Assembly: GCA_016194285.1 (NCBI GenBank)
Contig: JACQBZ010000102.1
Coordinates: forward strand, 1 to 60,086
Length of the DNA stretch: 60,086 nt
Source of the DNA: Nitrospirota bacterium
Lineage (GTDB): Bacteria > Nitrospirota > Nitrospiria > JACQBZ01
Direction of reading: 5' to 3'
Shown here: one piece after another, positions 1 through 8,963 of the stretch
How the letters are laid out: each line of letters begins with the position of its first letter
Position numbering within the stretch: the first letter of the stretch is position 1
The notes under the pieces: model-generated
The model's input: only the letters and a program-made list of their open reading frames with translations
The model's database searches: none
Told to the model about the DNA's origin: nothing
Program-made: the position numbers and the translations under genes

Positions 1-1094
1 AAGGCTCCCAGCCGGTCCACCTCGTGGAGTTCCCGGGCCAGGGCGCTCGCCAGATCGAACCGAAAACCGTCCACGTGCATCTCGGTGACCCAATACCGAA
101 GGCTGTCCATGATCAATTGAAGGACCTGAGGATGAAGCATGTTCAATGTATTTCCGCATCCGGTATAATCCATGTAATATCTCGGGTTGTCCTTGACCAA
201 CCGGTAATAGGTCGTGTTGTCAATGCCTCTCAGGGACAGCGTGGGGCCGAGGTGGTGGCCCTCGGCCGTGTGATTGTAGACGACGTCCAGGATGACCTCG
301 ATGCCCCAATCGTGCAGCGCACGAACCATCATCTTAAATTCGTCGGCCAGGTTCATGGTTCCGGATCCGTAGCGGTTATCCGGGGCGAAAAAAGAGAGGG
401 TGTTGTATCCCCAATAATTCGTCAGTCCGCGTTTGGCCAGATCGTAATCATCCACATGATGGTGAACCGGCAGCAGCTCGATGGCCGTCACCCCGAGACC
501 GAGCAGGTGTTTGATGATGGGTTCGCAGGCCAGGCCGGCATACGTTCCCCGCAGCGGCTGCGGAACCTCCGGGTGTCGGACCGTCAAACCCTTCACATGG
601 GTTTCGTAAATTACGGTCTGATGCCAGGGGATCTTGGGCGGGCGATCATTCCCCCAGGTAAAGGCCGGGTCGATGACCGCGCACAGCGAAGCGAAGGCCC
701 CGTTGTCGCGGTCATCGACGGCCAGATCCTCGTCCGGATCACCGATCCGGTAGGCAAACATGGCGTCATCCCAATGGGTCCGCCTTGCGATCGCTTTGGC
801 ATAGGGGTCCACCAGGATTTTGGAAGGGTTGAACCGATGCCCCGAATTCGGGTCATAGGGACCGTGGACTCGGTAGGCATAGAGCCATCCGGGCCGCGCG
901 TCCGGAAGATAGATATGCCAGATCCGATTCGTCTGCTCGGTCAGCGGGATTCGGTGGCTTTCCTTTTGGGCATCCACTGAGTTGAAAAGACAAAGCTCCA
1001 CTTGGGTGGCATGTTCCGAGAAAATCGAAAAGTTAACGCCTTTGCCGTCCCAGGTGGCTCCCAGAGGGTACGGATGACCCGGCATGGTTCTCAT
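1..1094 (-). CDS. glgX: Glycogen debranching enzyme (3' part runs off the window)
   Basis: Manual translation from ATG at 1094 gives [37 protein letters not shown], the typical GlgX N-terminus. It lies directly downstream of glgB and is missing from the ORF track because it is open at the edge. Confidence 0.93.
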   Translation of the reverse strand, partial: MRTMPGHPYPLGATWDGKGVNFSIFSEHATQVELCLFNSVDAQKESHRIPLTEQTNRIWHIYLPDARPGWLYAYRVHGPYDPNSGHRFNPSKILVDPYAKAIARRTHWDDAMFAYRIGDPDEDLAVDDRDNGAFASLCAVIDPAFTWGNDRPPKIPWHQTVIYETHVKGLTVRHPEVPQPLRGTYAGLACEPIIKHLLGLGVTAIELLPVHHHVDDYDLAKRGLTNYWGYNTLSFFAPDNRYGSGTMNLADEFKMMVRALHDWGIEVILDVVYNHTAEGHHLGPTLSLRGIDNTTYYRLVKDNPRYYMDYTGCGNTLNMLHPQVLQLIMDSLRYWVTEMHVDGFRFDLASALARELHEVDRLGA

Positions 1095-1131
1095 TTCATT
1101 CCCCAAGGGGATTGGCGGTTTCGCTTCATTG

Positions 1132-3084
1132 TCATCCTTTAAAAAAGAGCGCCCCCAGAGGAGGCAAGGTCAACGTGAGCGAGTGAGAACGCTGATGAGC
1201 GGGAACGGGGGCGGCCTCGACCCCGCCGGAATTTCCAAGTCCGCTCCCGCCGTAGACGGCGGCATCGCTGTTGAGAAGTTCGCGCCAAAAGCCGCCTCTC
1301 GGAACACCGACCCGATAGTGATGTTTCGATACCGGGGTGAAATTGCAGACCACCAGGAGGATCTCATCGGCATTTTTCCCCTTTCGTAGAAAACTGACGA
1401 CGCTCTGCTCCCAATCGTTGGAATCGATCCATTCAAATCCCTGAGCGTCGAAATCCAGACCATAGAGGGCCGGTTCCATTCGATACAGGCGGTTCAGATC
1501 CTTTAGCCACTGCTGGATCCCGCAATGGTACGGGTATTGAAGGACGTGCCATTCCAGGCTCTCCTCATGTTTCCATTCGCGAACCTGGCCGAATTCCCCG
1601 CCCATGAAGAGCAACTTCTTCCCGGGGTGGCCGTACATATAGCCGTACAACAGACGGAGGTTGGCGAACCGCTGCCATTCATCCCCGGGCATCTTCCCGA
1701 GGAGGGACCCCTTGCCGTGAACCGCCTCATCATGGGATAGGGGCAGGATGAAATTTTCCGTAAAGGCATACCAGAGGCTGAAGGTGAGCTGGTTATGATG
1801 ATATTTCCGATACAGGGGATCTTCCGAAATATAGGCCAGCGTGTCGTGCATCCAGCCCATGTTCCACTTCATCCCAAAGCCCAGCCCGCCGACGAAGGTC
1901 GGCCGGGAGACCATCGGCCAGGCGGTGGACTCCTCCGCGAAAATTTGAATATCAGGAAATTTCCCATAAGCCGATTCATTGAGCTGTTTGAGGAAATGAA
2001 TCGCCTCGAGATTCTCGCGACCGCCGTGTACATTGGGGATCCACTCGCCTTCATTTCGGGCGTAGTCCAGATAGAGCATCGAGGCCACGGCGTCTACCCG
2101 AAGGCCGTCCAGATGGTATTTCTCAAGCCAGAAAAGCGCGTTGCTGATGAGGAACGCCCTCACCTCGTTCCGGCCGTAATTGAAAATGTAACTGTTCCAT
2201 TCCGGATGAAATCCCTTTCGTGGATCGGCATGCTCGTAGAGATGGGTCCCGTCAAAATAGGCCAGCCCGTGCTCATCCGAGGGAAAGTGGGAGGGGACCC
2301 AGTCCAGAATCACGCCGATCCCCTGTTGATGGAGGTGATCGATCAGGACCATGAAATCCTGGGGCGTGCCGTATCTCCGCGTCGGGGCAAAATATCCCGT
2401 CGTCTGATATCCCCACGAACCGTAGAAGGGATGCTCCGTGACGGGCAGAAACTCGACGTGCGTGAAGCCCATTTCTTTGACGTAGGCCGCCAGGAGCGGA
2501 GCCATCTCCCGGTAGGTTAACGAACGGTTTCCTTCTTCCGGGACCCGCCTCCATGAACCGAGATGGACCTCGTAAATCGCGAGGGGAGCGCCGAGGGCGT
2601 TTTGCCGTTTGCGGTTCGCCATCCAGTCTTGATCGTTCCAGTCATGGTTCAGATCCCAGACCACGGAGGACGTTTTGGGCGGGGATTCCCAGCCGAAGGC
2701 GAACGGGTCGCCTTTTTTCACTTCAAACCGTTTGTTTCTGGAGATCAGATGATATTTGTAAAGAGCGCCGGGGCCGACATTGGGAAGAAACCCCTCCCAG
2801 ATTCCGGACTCATCCTTTCGGACCTCGAGCAGGTGGGCGGACGGATTCCATCCGTTAAAATCCCCCACGACCGAAACCCGCTCGGCATTCGGCGCCCATA
2901 CCGCAAAGTAAGTTCCGGCGCCGCCTTCTCCCGACATCGGATGCGCGCCCAACTTCTCATACAACAACGTATGATTGCCCTGTTTGAAAAGAAAAACGTC
3001 GTAATCCGTTAAAAGACCGGCCGGATTGGAACCCGGTGCGTGTGGTGTCCTGATCGGATCTTCTCGTGTTGGCTTGTTTTCCAT
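1132..3084 (-). CDS. glgB: 1,4-alpha-glucan branching enzyme
   Basis: GH13 motifs [44 protein letters not shown] and LSHDE. Confidence 0.97.
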   Translation of the reverse strand: MENKPTREDPIRTPHAPGSNPAGLLTDYDVFLFKQGNHTLLYEKLGAHPMSGEGGAGTYFAVWAPNAERVSVVGDFNGWNPSAHLLEVRKDESGIWEGFLPNVGPGALYKYHLISRNKRFEVKKGDPFAFGWESPPKTSSVVWDLNHDWNDQDWMANRKRQNALGAPLAIYEVHLGSWRRVPEEGNRSLTYREMAPLLAAYVKEMGFTHVEFLPVTEHPFYGSWGYQTTGYFAPTRRYGTPQDFMVLIDHLHQQGIGVILDWVPSHFPSDEHGLAYFDGTHLYEHADPRKGFHPEWNSYIFNYGRNEVRAFLISNALFWLEKYHLDGLRVDAVASMLYLDYARNEGEWIPNVHGGRENLEAIHFLKQLNESAYGKFPDIQIFAEESTAWPMVSRPTFVGGLGFGMKWNMGWMHDTLAYISEDPLYRKYHHNQLTFSLWYAFTENFILPLSHDEAVHGKGSLLGKMPGDEWQRFANLRLLYGYMYGHPGKKLLFMGGEFGQVREWKHEESLEWHVLQYPYHCGIQQWLKDLNRLYRMEPALYGLDFDAQGFEWIDSNDWEQSVVSFLRKGKNADEILLVVCNFTPVSKHHYRVGVPRGGFWRELLNSDAAVYGGSGLGNSGGVEAAPVPAHQRSHSLTLTLPPLGALFFKG

Positions 3085-3136
3085 GGTTCTTCCTGTTCAA
3101 ATCATAAAGCCATCGCCGGCGGTTGTCAAACAATCT

Positions 3137-3211
3137 GCAGGGGCTCGCGTCGCCCCCTTCACCGGCAGAGCCGGATGGAGCCTCCCCCTCTCGCTCGCTT
3201 TGCTCGCTGGG
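3137..3211 (+). repeat. 75-bp dispersed REP/MITE-like element, copy 1
   Basis: GCAGGGGCTCGCGTCGCCCCCTTCACCGGCAGAGCCGGATGGAGCCTCCCCCTCTCGCTCGCTTTGCTCGCTGGG, near-identical to the copies at 12606, 31638 and 56193. Confidence 0.9.
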
Positions 3212-3243
3212 TAGATCACCGCTGGCAGCGTGTGGCAGGCATT

Positions 3244-4671
3244 CTACATTATGCGAGCATTGATCAAAAAATGCGCCCAGATGCTGAGCGCGTATCCCAA
3301 GCCGATCGCCCAGGTCCATCGGAGATGGGAAAAGAAGGTGTAGACGCCGCGCGCCTGTCCCATGAGCGCCACGCCGGCGGCCGAACCGATCGAAAGGAGC
3401 GAACCGCCCACGCCGGCCGTCAAGGTGACCAGCAGCCATTGTCCGTGGGACATGTCGGGATTCATGGTCAAGACCGCGAACATGATCGGGATATTATCGA
3501 CGATCGCCGACGCCAGCCCCACCAGCACGTTGGCCCAGGTCGGGCCGAGATCGATATACAGCGTGTGAGATATCGCGGTCAGATATCCGATGGTATGGAG
3601 TCCGCCCACGGACAGGATCACCCCGTAGAAGAACATCAAGGTGTCCCACTCGATCCGTTTCATGCTGTTGAAAATGTCGAACGGTTGGACCTTCTCGCCG
3701 GATACTTCCATATCGATCTCATTGCGCCCGAGGAAATGGCCATAGATCTTCAGAAATCCCAGGCCGGTCATCATGCCGAGGACCGGCGGAACGTGAAGGA
3801 AATTGTGGAACGAGACCGTCATCACGATCGTCAAGAGGAACAGTCCGATCACCCCACGCGCGCCCCGCTTCAACCCGACGGTTTCTTGAATCGGTTTCGG
3901 TCGCCCCCTCGGAACGGCGAACGACATGATCAGCGCCGGAACGAGCCAGTTGATCAACGACGGAACGAACAGGTCGAAGAACTCGGAGAATCGGACGACG
4001 CCCTGTTGCCAGACCAGCAACGTCGTGATATCGCCGAACGGACTGAAGGCCCCGCCGGCGTTCGCGGCCACCACGATGTTGATCGCGGCCAGAGCGATGA
4101 AACGCGGGTGGCCTTCGCCTGCGGCCATGACGACGGCCGCCATCACCAGCGCGGTCGTGAGATTATCGGCGAACGGGGAGATAAAAAAGGCCAGCAGTCC
4201 GGTGATCCAGAAAATCGAGGTCAGGGAGAATCCGGAGGAGACCAGCCAGGCACGGAGCGCGTTGAAGACATTGCGCTCCTCCATGGTATTGACGTAGGTC
4301 ATCGCGGCGATCAGAAACAGGAGCAACTCGGCGTACTCGAGAAGATTGTGCCGGATCGCCGCGGCGGCCGTGGCCGTATCCCCCTGCAGGGCGTAGGCGA
4401 CGGCGATCAAGGTCCAGATCACGCCGGAGGCGACCACGACCGGCTTCGATTTGCGGAGATGTAGCAGTTCTTCGCTGATCACCAGCGCGTACGCCAAGGC
4501 GAACACGATAATCGAAATGATTCCAAACCAACTGGCGGTGAGGTCGAGAAGTCGGACGTCCTCGTTCCCGGACGAGGCGAGAACGGTCGAAGGGGACAGG
4601 AGCATCAGTAATGTCGCGAGAAAGGGCAAACCCGTCCCGGCGGTTTTTATAAGGGTGGTGATGGTTCGCAT
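3244..4671 (-). CDS. nhaD: Na+/H+ antiporter, NhaD family
   Basis: Polytopic membrane protein with LRKSKPV, FFISPFADNLTTAL, AANAGGAFSPFGDITTL, SAIVDNIP and GGSLLSIGSAAGVALMG. Confidence 0.9.
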   Translation of the reverse strand: MRTITTLIKTAGTGLPFLATLLMLLSPSTVLASSGNEDVRLLDLTASWFGIISIIVFALAYALVISEELLHLRKSKPVVVASGVIWTLIAVAYALQGDTATAAAAIRHNLLEYAELLLFLIAAMTYVNTMEERNVFNALRAWLVSSGFSLTSIFWITGLLAFFISPFADNLTTALVMAAVVMAAGEGHPRFIALAAINIVVAANAGGAFSPFGDITTLLVWQQGVVRFSEFFDLFVPSLINWLVPALIMSFAVPRGRPKPIQETVGLKRGARGVIGLFLLTIVMTVSFHNFLHVPPVLGMMTGLGFLKIYGHFLGRNEIDMEVSGEKVQPFDIFNSMKRIEWDTLMFFYGVILSVGGLHTIGYLTAISHTLYIDLGPTWANVLVGLASAIVDNIPIMFAVLTMNPDMSHGQWLLVTLTAGVGGSLLSIGSAAGVALMGQARGVYTFFSHLRWTWAIGLGYALSIWAHFLINARIM

Positions 4672-4715
4672 CGGGACTTAGAATACCCGGAACGGTATGG
4701 AGATGCAAGACGATT

Positions 4716-4776
4716 CGGCCGGCAGCGGTGCGTGGGAGCAATAACGTGAGAGCGTCGTTGCTCCCGCTGTTAGCCG
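4716..4776 (-). repeat. Degenerate attC-like imperfect hairpin after the DHFR-like gene
   Basis: Minus strand CGGCTAAC AGCGG GAGCAA...TTGCTC...CCGCTG CCGGCCG, 10 nt after the stop codon. The R'' box is close to consensus and the R' box is degenerate. Confidence 0.45.
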
Positions 4777-4786
4777 CCGTTTGGGT

Positions 4787-5314
4787 TCACTTTCGTTTTC
4801 TTTTGTAGTGGCTCTTTACAAGTCCGTTGGAATATACCTTGGTTCGTACGTGTTTGAATTGAAGATCATGGTCAAGATAACCGAACAATGGAATGCCGCC
4901 TCCGATCAGCACGGGGATCTTTGTAATAATCAGCTCATCGATGCAATCTTCTTTTAGAAAGCCCTGTATCACTTTTCCGCCGTCCACATAGATATTCGAA
5001 AAGCCTTCGTTGGAAAGATAATTCAGCAACGCTCTTGGCTTCATTGAAAGAACGGTTACTTTCCCTCTTAATCGATCCGGTATTTGTTTGACGCTCGTGC
5101 TTAGCACGAAGACTTTCTTTTCATAAGGCCAGGAAGGAAAAGTGAGGACTTTTTCATAAGTGCCCCTTCCGATTACGACCGCGTCAATCTTGCTTATAAA
5201 TTCGCGATAGTCGTCTTTCACGGGCTTCTCGAATTTAACCAGCCAATCGATCGCCCCATCTTTTCTCGCAATAAAGCCATCAAGACTTGTTCCTATGTAA
5301 ACGATTGTTTTCAA
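4787..5314 (-). CDS. Dihydrofolate reductase family / RibD C-terminal domain protein
   Basis: YIGTSLDGFIA, IGRGTYE, IYVDGGKVIQ, IDELIIT and PVLIGGGIPLF motifs. TTG start. Confidence 0.88.
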   Translation of the reverse strand: MKTIVYIGTSLDGFIARKDGAIDWLVKFEKPVKDDYREFISKIDAVVIGRGTYEKVLTFPSWPYEKKVFVLSTSVKQIPDRLRGKVTVLSMKPRALLNYLSNEGFSNIYVDGGKVIQGFLKEDCIDELIITKIPVLIGGGIPLFGYLDHDLQFKHVRTKVYSNGLVKSHYKRKRK

Positions 5315-5318
5315 TTTT

Positions 5319-5390
5319 ACCTTGACGCTGAACGGGCTTTGGAAGTTTTTTGAACGCTTTTCGAAAACGTTCTGTGGTGTGGGAGATTAC
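5319..5390 (-). pseudogene. Truncated RelE/ParE-like toxin remnant
   Basis: Reads (V)ISHTTERFRKAFKKLPKPVQRQG, overlapping the antitoxin stop. The start codon is GTA, and toxin similarity ends after ~24 codons where the DHFR gene begins. Confidence 0.7.
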
Positions 5391-5605
5391 AGCTTGTCTG
5401 GATCAAGCTTTTTTGTTCGGCCTTCACGATGCTCGGCCAGCGCTTCATCGGCCAACCGATCAAGCATGTCGGACGATTCCGCAAAGGCCCTTTCCCAACG
5501 CTGCTCGGACGCCAGTTCTTCGAGAATCCAGGTTGCAAGCGCATCCTGTTCTTTCTTCGGAAGCTTGGAAACCTCGGCCAATGCTTTCTCAAGCAGTTTT
5601 GTCAT
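5387..5605 (-). CDS. Putative type II antitoxin (72 aa)
   Basis: MTKLLEKALAEVSKLP...EQDALA...RWERAFAES...LDRLADEALAEHREGRT pattern, AAGGAG RBS, and stop/start coupling to the toxin remnant. Confidence 0.75.
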   Translation of the reverse strand: MTKLLEKALAEVSKLPKKEQDALATWILEELASEQRWERAFAESSDMLDRLADEALAEHREGRTKKLDPDKL

Positions 5606-5657
5606 GGGTGAACTCCTTTTTTATATATTATACTTCGAATAACCTCATTCCTACAAG

Positions 5658-5718
5658 CCGCTGACCGTCCGTCGGCTCCGGCGCGTAGTGGCAAGGTCAT
5701 ATTTCACGAACTGACACC
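5658..5718 (-). repeat. Cassette-junction motif J1
   Basis: Plus strand CGGCTCCGGCGCG (5673-5685) followed by GTCATATTTCACGAACTGACACC (5696-5718). Confidence 0.8.
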
Positions 5719-6326
5719 GGGCTTTTTGGGTGCATCAAATCCCTGGCATAAGGCCAGCAGAAAATCAAAAGTGCTGTCAGCGCTCCCAAAACATGGCTCA
5801 ATGGAACGGGGGAGAAGGGGACATCGTCCACCTTCACGAAGGCAAACGCGTTCATTGCCGATTCCAGGACGATCTTGCCGGTGGTGAGAAGAAGTACAGT
5901 CAGGCAAATCCAGCGCCACGGTCCGGCCTCCCGCAAGCCGTGGAGGGCGAGATAAACAACCGCCCCACAGGCAATTCCGGAAAGCCCTCCGTAGAATTGG
6001 ATGTCAGGTTGCGCGGCAAGCAGGCCGGCGCCGATTAGAATCGGCGCAAGGATGTATAAACTCTTGTAGTATGGATAACCGCGGCGTTCGATCATCCATC
6101 CGGCGATGCCGAGCGTTGCGGAATCATATACAAGATGGCTCACGGAGAAATGCACCCAATTCCCCGTCATGAGACGCCATACCTCGCCGGAAAGAATGGC
6201 CGCGCGATCGTATACAATCAGGGTCCCCGAATTCGGAACGACATACGCGAGAACCCCGGCGGCGACCATCATCAACGTCCAGACGGGTATACGTCTATCT
6301 CTCAGTTGTAATTGGCGCGTTGCCAC
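5697..6326 (-). CDS. rrtA: Rhombosortase (rhomboid-family intramembrane serine protease)
   Basis: YDRAAILSGEVWRLMTGNWVH, HL, YGGLSG catalytic Ser motif and SHVLGA His motif. Adjacent to a GlyGly-CTERM protein. Confidence 0.85.
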   Translation of the reverse strand: MATRQLQLRDRRIPVWTLMMVAAGVLAYVVPNSGTLIVYDRAAILSGEVWRLMTGNWVHFSVSHLVYDSATLGIAGWMIERRGYPYYKSLYILAPILIGAGLLAAQPDIQFYGGLSGIACGAVVYLALHGLREAGPWRWICLTVLLLTTGKIVLESAMNAFAFVKVDDVPFSPVPLSHVLGALTALLIFCWPYARDLMHPKSPVSVREI

Positions 6327-7177
6327 AGCGTGTACACTCCCATCCCGAAGACCAGCATCAGTGTGAAAGGATCCACTCCACCCCCACCGGTACTACCCGG
6401 TTTGTGTATGACTTTGTATTCTTCAGGCGAGCTTTTGACTTTTTCCTGGAAAAGTTCAAGTTGCTCTTGGAGATTTACCACAAGATCTTTGGCAGCCTCA
6501 TGGAAACTTGCGGTGCTGTCCGTTCTGAGTTGCTCGCTCAGGTTGACGGGGGTTGCCGATCCTTTGATTTGGCTGATCCCGGGTGCGCGAAAGAGCATCT
6601 TACGACTTTGAATATGGTAAACCGCCGCGTCCACCATGGTGTTTGTGTCGTCCTTCTCTCCTCTCACGACATACGCGCCGGCCAGGGTCCAATAGCTCAT
6701 AGAGAGCATGCCTTGGTCCGTGAATTGAATCTGATCGTAGGAGAGAAGGGCAATCACATCGATACCGAACATGGTCCGGAGTTGATCCAGGTTGGTAAAG
6801 CTTCCCCCGGGCCTCAGGTAGGCCGACGGGATCAGCTCAATCGATTTTACAAACGGGTATTTTTTGAAATTTTCCCCGATCTCCTTCATCAGCGCAATCT
6901 TTTCTTTCTCCGGAAGAGCGGGATTCATCGGAGGCGAAAAGTTTGTCGTGAAACCGGACCTCGTTTGTTCACCTCCCGGCACAAAGGCAATGCCGACTTT
7001 TATGGGCAGGGACAAGACGGGGACGGCGGCCGTCTCTATCGGGTCTGACTTGCCCGGGTAAAGGTAATCGACCACGCTGCTGTTATGGTGTTGCCGTTGG
7101 GAGGCGCAGCTGATTGAGAGGCCGGCGACGATGATCAAAAGACTTACCGTTGGCAAATAATATCTCGCGGTTTTCAT
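6302..7177 (-). CDS. Rhombotarget lipoprotein with GlyGly-CTERM tail
   Basis: Lipobox SISC, SSVVDYLYP and DVIALLSYDQ motifs, and a C-terminal GGGG + hydrophobic helix + WQR. AGGAGG RBS before ATG at 7177. Confidence 0.85.
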   Translation of the reverse strand: MKTARYYLPTVSLLIIVAGLSISCASQRQHHNSSVVDYLYPGKSDPIETAAVPVLSLPIKVGIAFVPGGEQTRSGFTTNFSPPMNPALPEKEKIALMKEIGENFKKYPFVKSIELIPSAYLRPGGSFTNLDQLRTMFGIDVIALLSYDQIQFTDQGMLSMSYWTLAGAYVVRGEKDDTNTMVDAAVYHIQSRKMLFRAPGISQIKGSATPVNLSEQLRTDSTASFHEAAKDLVVNLQEQLELFQEKVKSSPEEYKVIHKPGSTGGGGVDPFTLMLVFGMGVYTLWQRANYN

Positions 7178-7221
7178 ATCTGACCTCCTTTGATTGACAA
7201 ACACGGTTGAATGCCATCATT

Positions 7222-7266
7222 CGGCTCCGGCGCGGGGGAGCAATGTCATATTTCACGACCTGACCC
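7222..7266 (-). repeat. Cassette-junction motif J2
   Basis: CGGCTCCGGCGCG (7222-7234) and GTCATATTTCACGACCTGACCC (7245-7266), with the same 23-nt offset as J1. Confidence 0.85.
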
Positions 7267-7300
7267 TGGCATTTGTAAACATGGCCAAGAAAAGATTGTT

Positions 7301-7774
7301 CTATTTTTCAGGGGTATTAAAGAAATATGGGCTCCCAAAAGCCCATCCGGACATGAATGGAGTCAGATAAATATAACTAAACCCGTTCCAATCTCCCGTG
7401 ATCTCTTGCCCATCTTTTTTATAAATTGGTCTGATACGCCAATAATATCGGGTGTTGGGCTCCAAAGCTGTTTCGAGTGCATGGGAAGTTCCCGATATGT
7501 CTTTCTTCTCATAGGCTATTATTGTCTTGAGAGAAAAGCCCCCTTCAGGTTTAAATATGACGAGCTGATAAAGCAGGCCTTCCACTCCGGTCGATTTTTC
7601 AAGATCGGATGGTTCCCAGGTCAATGTGGGTTTTAGTGAATCTACAATTGGAGCGGTTGCAGGAGGTTTCCTGCCTGGAGGCTCAATTGGCCTCACCCCA
7701 GAATGCCATGAAACACAACCTGGAAGAAATAACATTGCATAGATCGTAATCAGGATCCTCATCTTTTGTTTCAT
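7301..7774 (-). CDS. Putative lipoprotein with FN3-like beta-sandwich
   Basis: Lipobox LPGC, PTLTW...YQLVI...LEPNTRYYWRIRP pattern, and AAGGAGG RBS. Confidence 0.7.
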   Translation of the reverse strand: MKQKMRILITIYAMLFLPGCVSWHSGVRPIEPPGRKPPATAPIVDSLKPTLTWEPSDLEKSTGVEGLLYQLVIFKPEGGFSLKTIIAYEKKDISGTSHALETALEPNTRYYWRIRPIYKKDGQEITGDWNGFSYIYLTPFMSGWAFGSPYFFNTPEK

Positions 7775-7796
7775 ATGTCCTCCTTGTGTTATTTAT

Positions 7797-7829
7797 GCCT
7801 AACGGCCATAACTGAGCAGCCGTGTCAGC
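7797..7829 (-). repeat. attC right half ending in a perfect GTTAGGC core
   Basis: Minus strand GCTGACACGGCTGCTCAGTTATGGCC-GTTAGGC, 22 nt before the ATG at 7774. Confidence 0.55.
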
Positions 7830-7846
7830 AATTCAAAAGTCATTTC

Positions 7847-7896
7847 CCGCCCAACCGTCCCCGGCTCCGGCGCGGGGGAGAATTGTACTCCGACCC
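7847..7896 (-). repeat. Cassette-junction motif J3
   Basis: CGGCTCCGGCGCG (7862-7874) and AATTGTACTCCGACCC (7881-7896). The minus strand continues into GTTGGGC, which fits GTTRRRY. Confidence 0.8.
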
Positions 7897-7946
7897 GATC
7901 TTCCCCCCTCACAGCCGCTTCAAATCTTGTCGTCAACGGATTTCCT

Positions 7947-8441
7947 TTAGCAATGAGTCGTTTTACCCTCTTCTTGCGGAGGTGCAAGTCGGGCGCTCTC
8001 GCTTTTCCCGGCCCGCTCGCGGAGATAGGCTACCACGACTGTTTGCTTCTTACATATAGCCACATCCAATGGGGTCTGGTCGGACTCGTTCCTAGCATTT
8101 GGGTCTGCTCCTTTACTCAACAGCAACTCAACTATTTCCTTCCAGCCGGCGCCTGCCGCCAAATGTAGGGGAGTCACCTTGAATTGCATTTCGGAGTTAA
8201 TGTCTGCTCCGTTGGCTAGAAGAAATTCAACTACGTCCTTATGGCCGTAGGCTACCGCGACATGCAGCGGTGTACCCCCAAACTTATCTCTGGCGTTTAT
8301 CAATCGAGGGTTTTGACCCAGCAGTTCCTTTACCACTACCAAGTCACCGACCATTGCTGTTTTATGGAGTGCCGTCGTTGAAGCGCATCCAACGACCCCT
8401 ATCGAAACCGCAAGCACAAATGTTGTAATTCCTGGTCTCAT
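7947..8441 (-). CDS. Ankyrin-repeat lipoprotein
   Basis: Lipobox VVGC and ankyrin motifs GTPLHVAV...LLANGADIN, TPLHLAA...LLSKGADPN and TPLDVA. Confidence 0.88.
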   Translation of the reverse strand: MRPGITTFVLAVSIGVVGCASTTALHKTAMVGDLVVVKELLGQNPRLINARDKFGGTPLHVAVAYGHKDVVEFLLANGADINSEMQFKVTPLHLAAGAGWKEIVELLLSKGADPNARNESDQTPLDVAICKKQTVVVAYLRERAGKSESARLAPPQEEGKTTHC

Positions 8442-8482
8442 AAAACCTCCTTCTTTTGCAAACCAAATTCCAAATTCAATGC

Positions 8483-8509
8483 CCGCTCACCGCCCCCGGC
8501 TCCGGCGCA
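8483..8509 (-). repeat. Cassette-junction motif J4
   Basis: CCGCTCACCGCCCCCGGCTCCGGCGCA, matching J1 and J3. Confidence 0.75.
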
Positions 8510-8547
8510 GGGCAGGATACAATGTTTGCTTTATTTGATCTTCCTTC

Positions 8548-8607
8548 TTCCAGCGCCCTGCGGGAGCCGCGCCGTTTTATGGCGTCGGCTCGACGCGGTT
8601 GTTAGGT
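8548..8607 (-). repeat. attC recombination site (R' box degenerate)
   Basis: ACCTAAC AACC GCGTCGAGCCGACGCC ATAAAAC GGCGCGGCTCCCGC AGGGC GCTGGAA: 60 bp with an RYYYAAC box and an imperfect stem with two unpaired bases, just after a stop codon. Confidence 0.75.
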
Positions 8608-8619
8608 CAGGATGGTTTT

Positions 8620-8788
8620 TCTACTCTTCATGCGCTCGCACACGCACAACACGGTAATTCAGCATTTCCACATCCCACTTCCTTATTTCGGTGTCGCCCT
8701 CTAAATACCCAAATGGATAGACCGCACGAACCCCCTCTGGTGTTTTTTCCGCCTTCACTGATTGTTTGTAATTCAGATAGCCTGGACA
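8620..8788 (-). pseudogene. 5'-truncated cassette ORF fragment
   Basis: Open frame CPGYLNYKQSVKAEKTPEGVRAVYPFGYLEGDTEIRKWDVEMLNYRVVRVRAHEE* ends just before the attC and lacks a convincing start at its 5' end, which abuts the TACTCTGACCCC motif at ~8801-8812. Confidence 0.45.
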
Positions 8789-8917
8789 TATAATTTAATT
8801 GGGGTCAGAGTATATTTGGCCATTTGACGCCTGCCGCTCCAGCCTGATCTGCCGCGATCTAGGACAGCCCACTGCTTCCATCAACAATCGATTCATCTTC
8901 CCTGCCTCCCGTCTCTA

Positions 8918-8957
8918 CGGCCTATATATAATAGATGCAGGTCGAATATATTGCTCC
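8918..8957. repeat. ~40-bp direct repeat, copy 1 (attI-like or promoter-like)
   Basis: CGGCCTATATATAATAGATGCAGGTCGAATATATTGCTCC. Confidence 0.85.
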
Positions 8958-8963
8958 AAATGC

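Noticed and set aside
24-980. 318-aa plus-strand ORF, and similar long ORFs at 3040-4464, 22626-23585, 45197-46321, 47704-48750 and 50160-51632
   Set aside because: These are antisense shadows of well-supported genes (glgX, nhaD, trpS, pfkA, ppsA, guaB), as expected in GC-rich DNA, and have no recognisable motifs.
2957-3439. Short ORFs containing MEPPPLARVARW or GWSLPLSLALLAG (also near 12.6, 31.7 and 56.2 kb)
   Set aside because: They are translations of the 75-bp repeat and give no independent evidence of being proteins.
8921-8945. LexA (CTG-N10-CAG) box within the TA-rich direct repeat
   Set aside because: The second half-site is absent, so the palindrome is incomplete.
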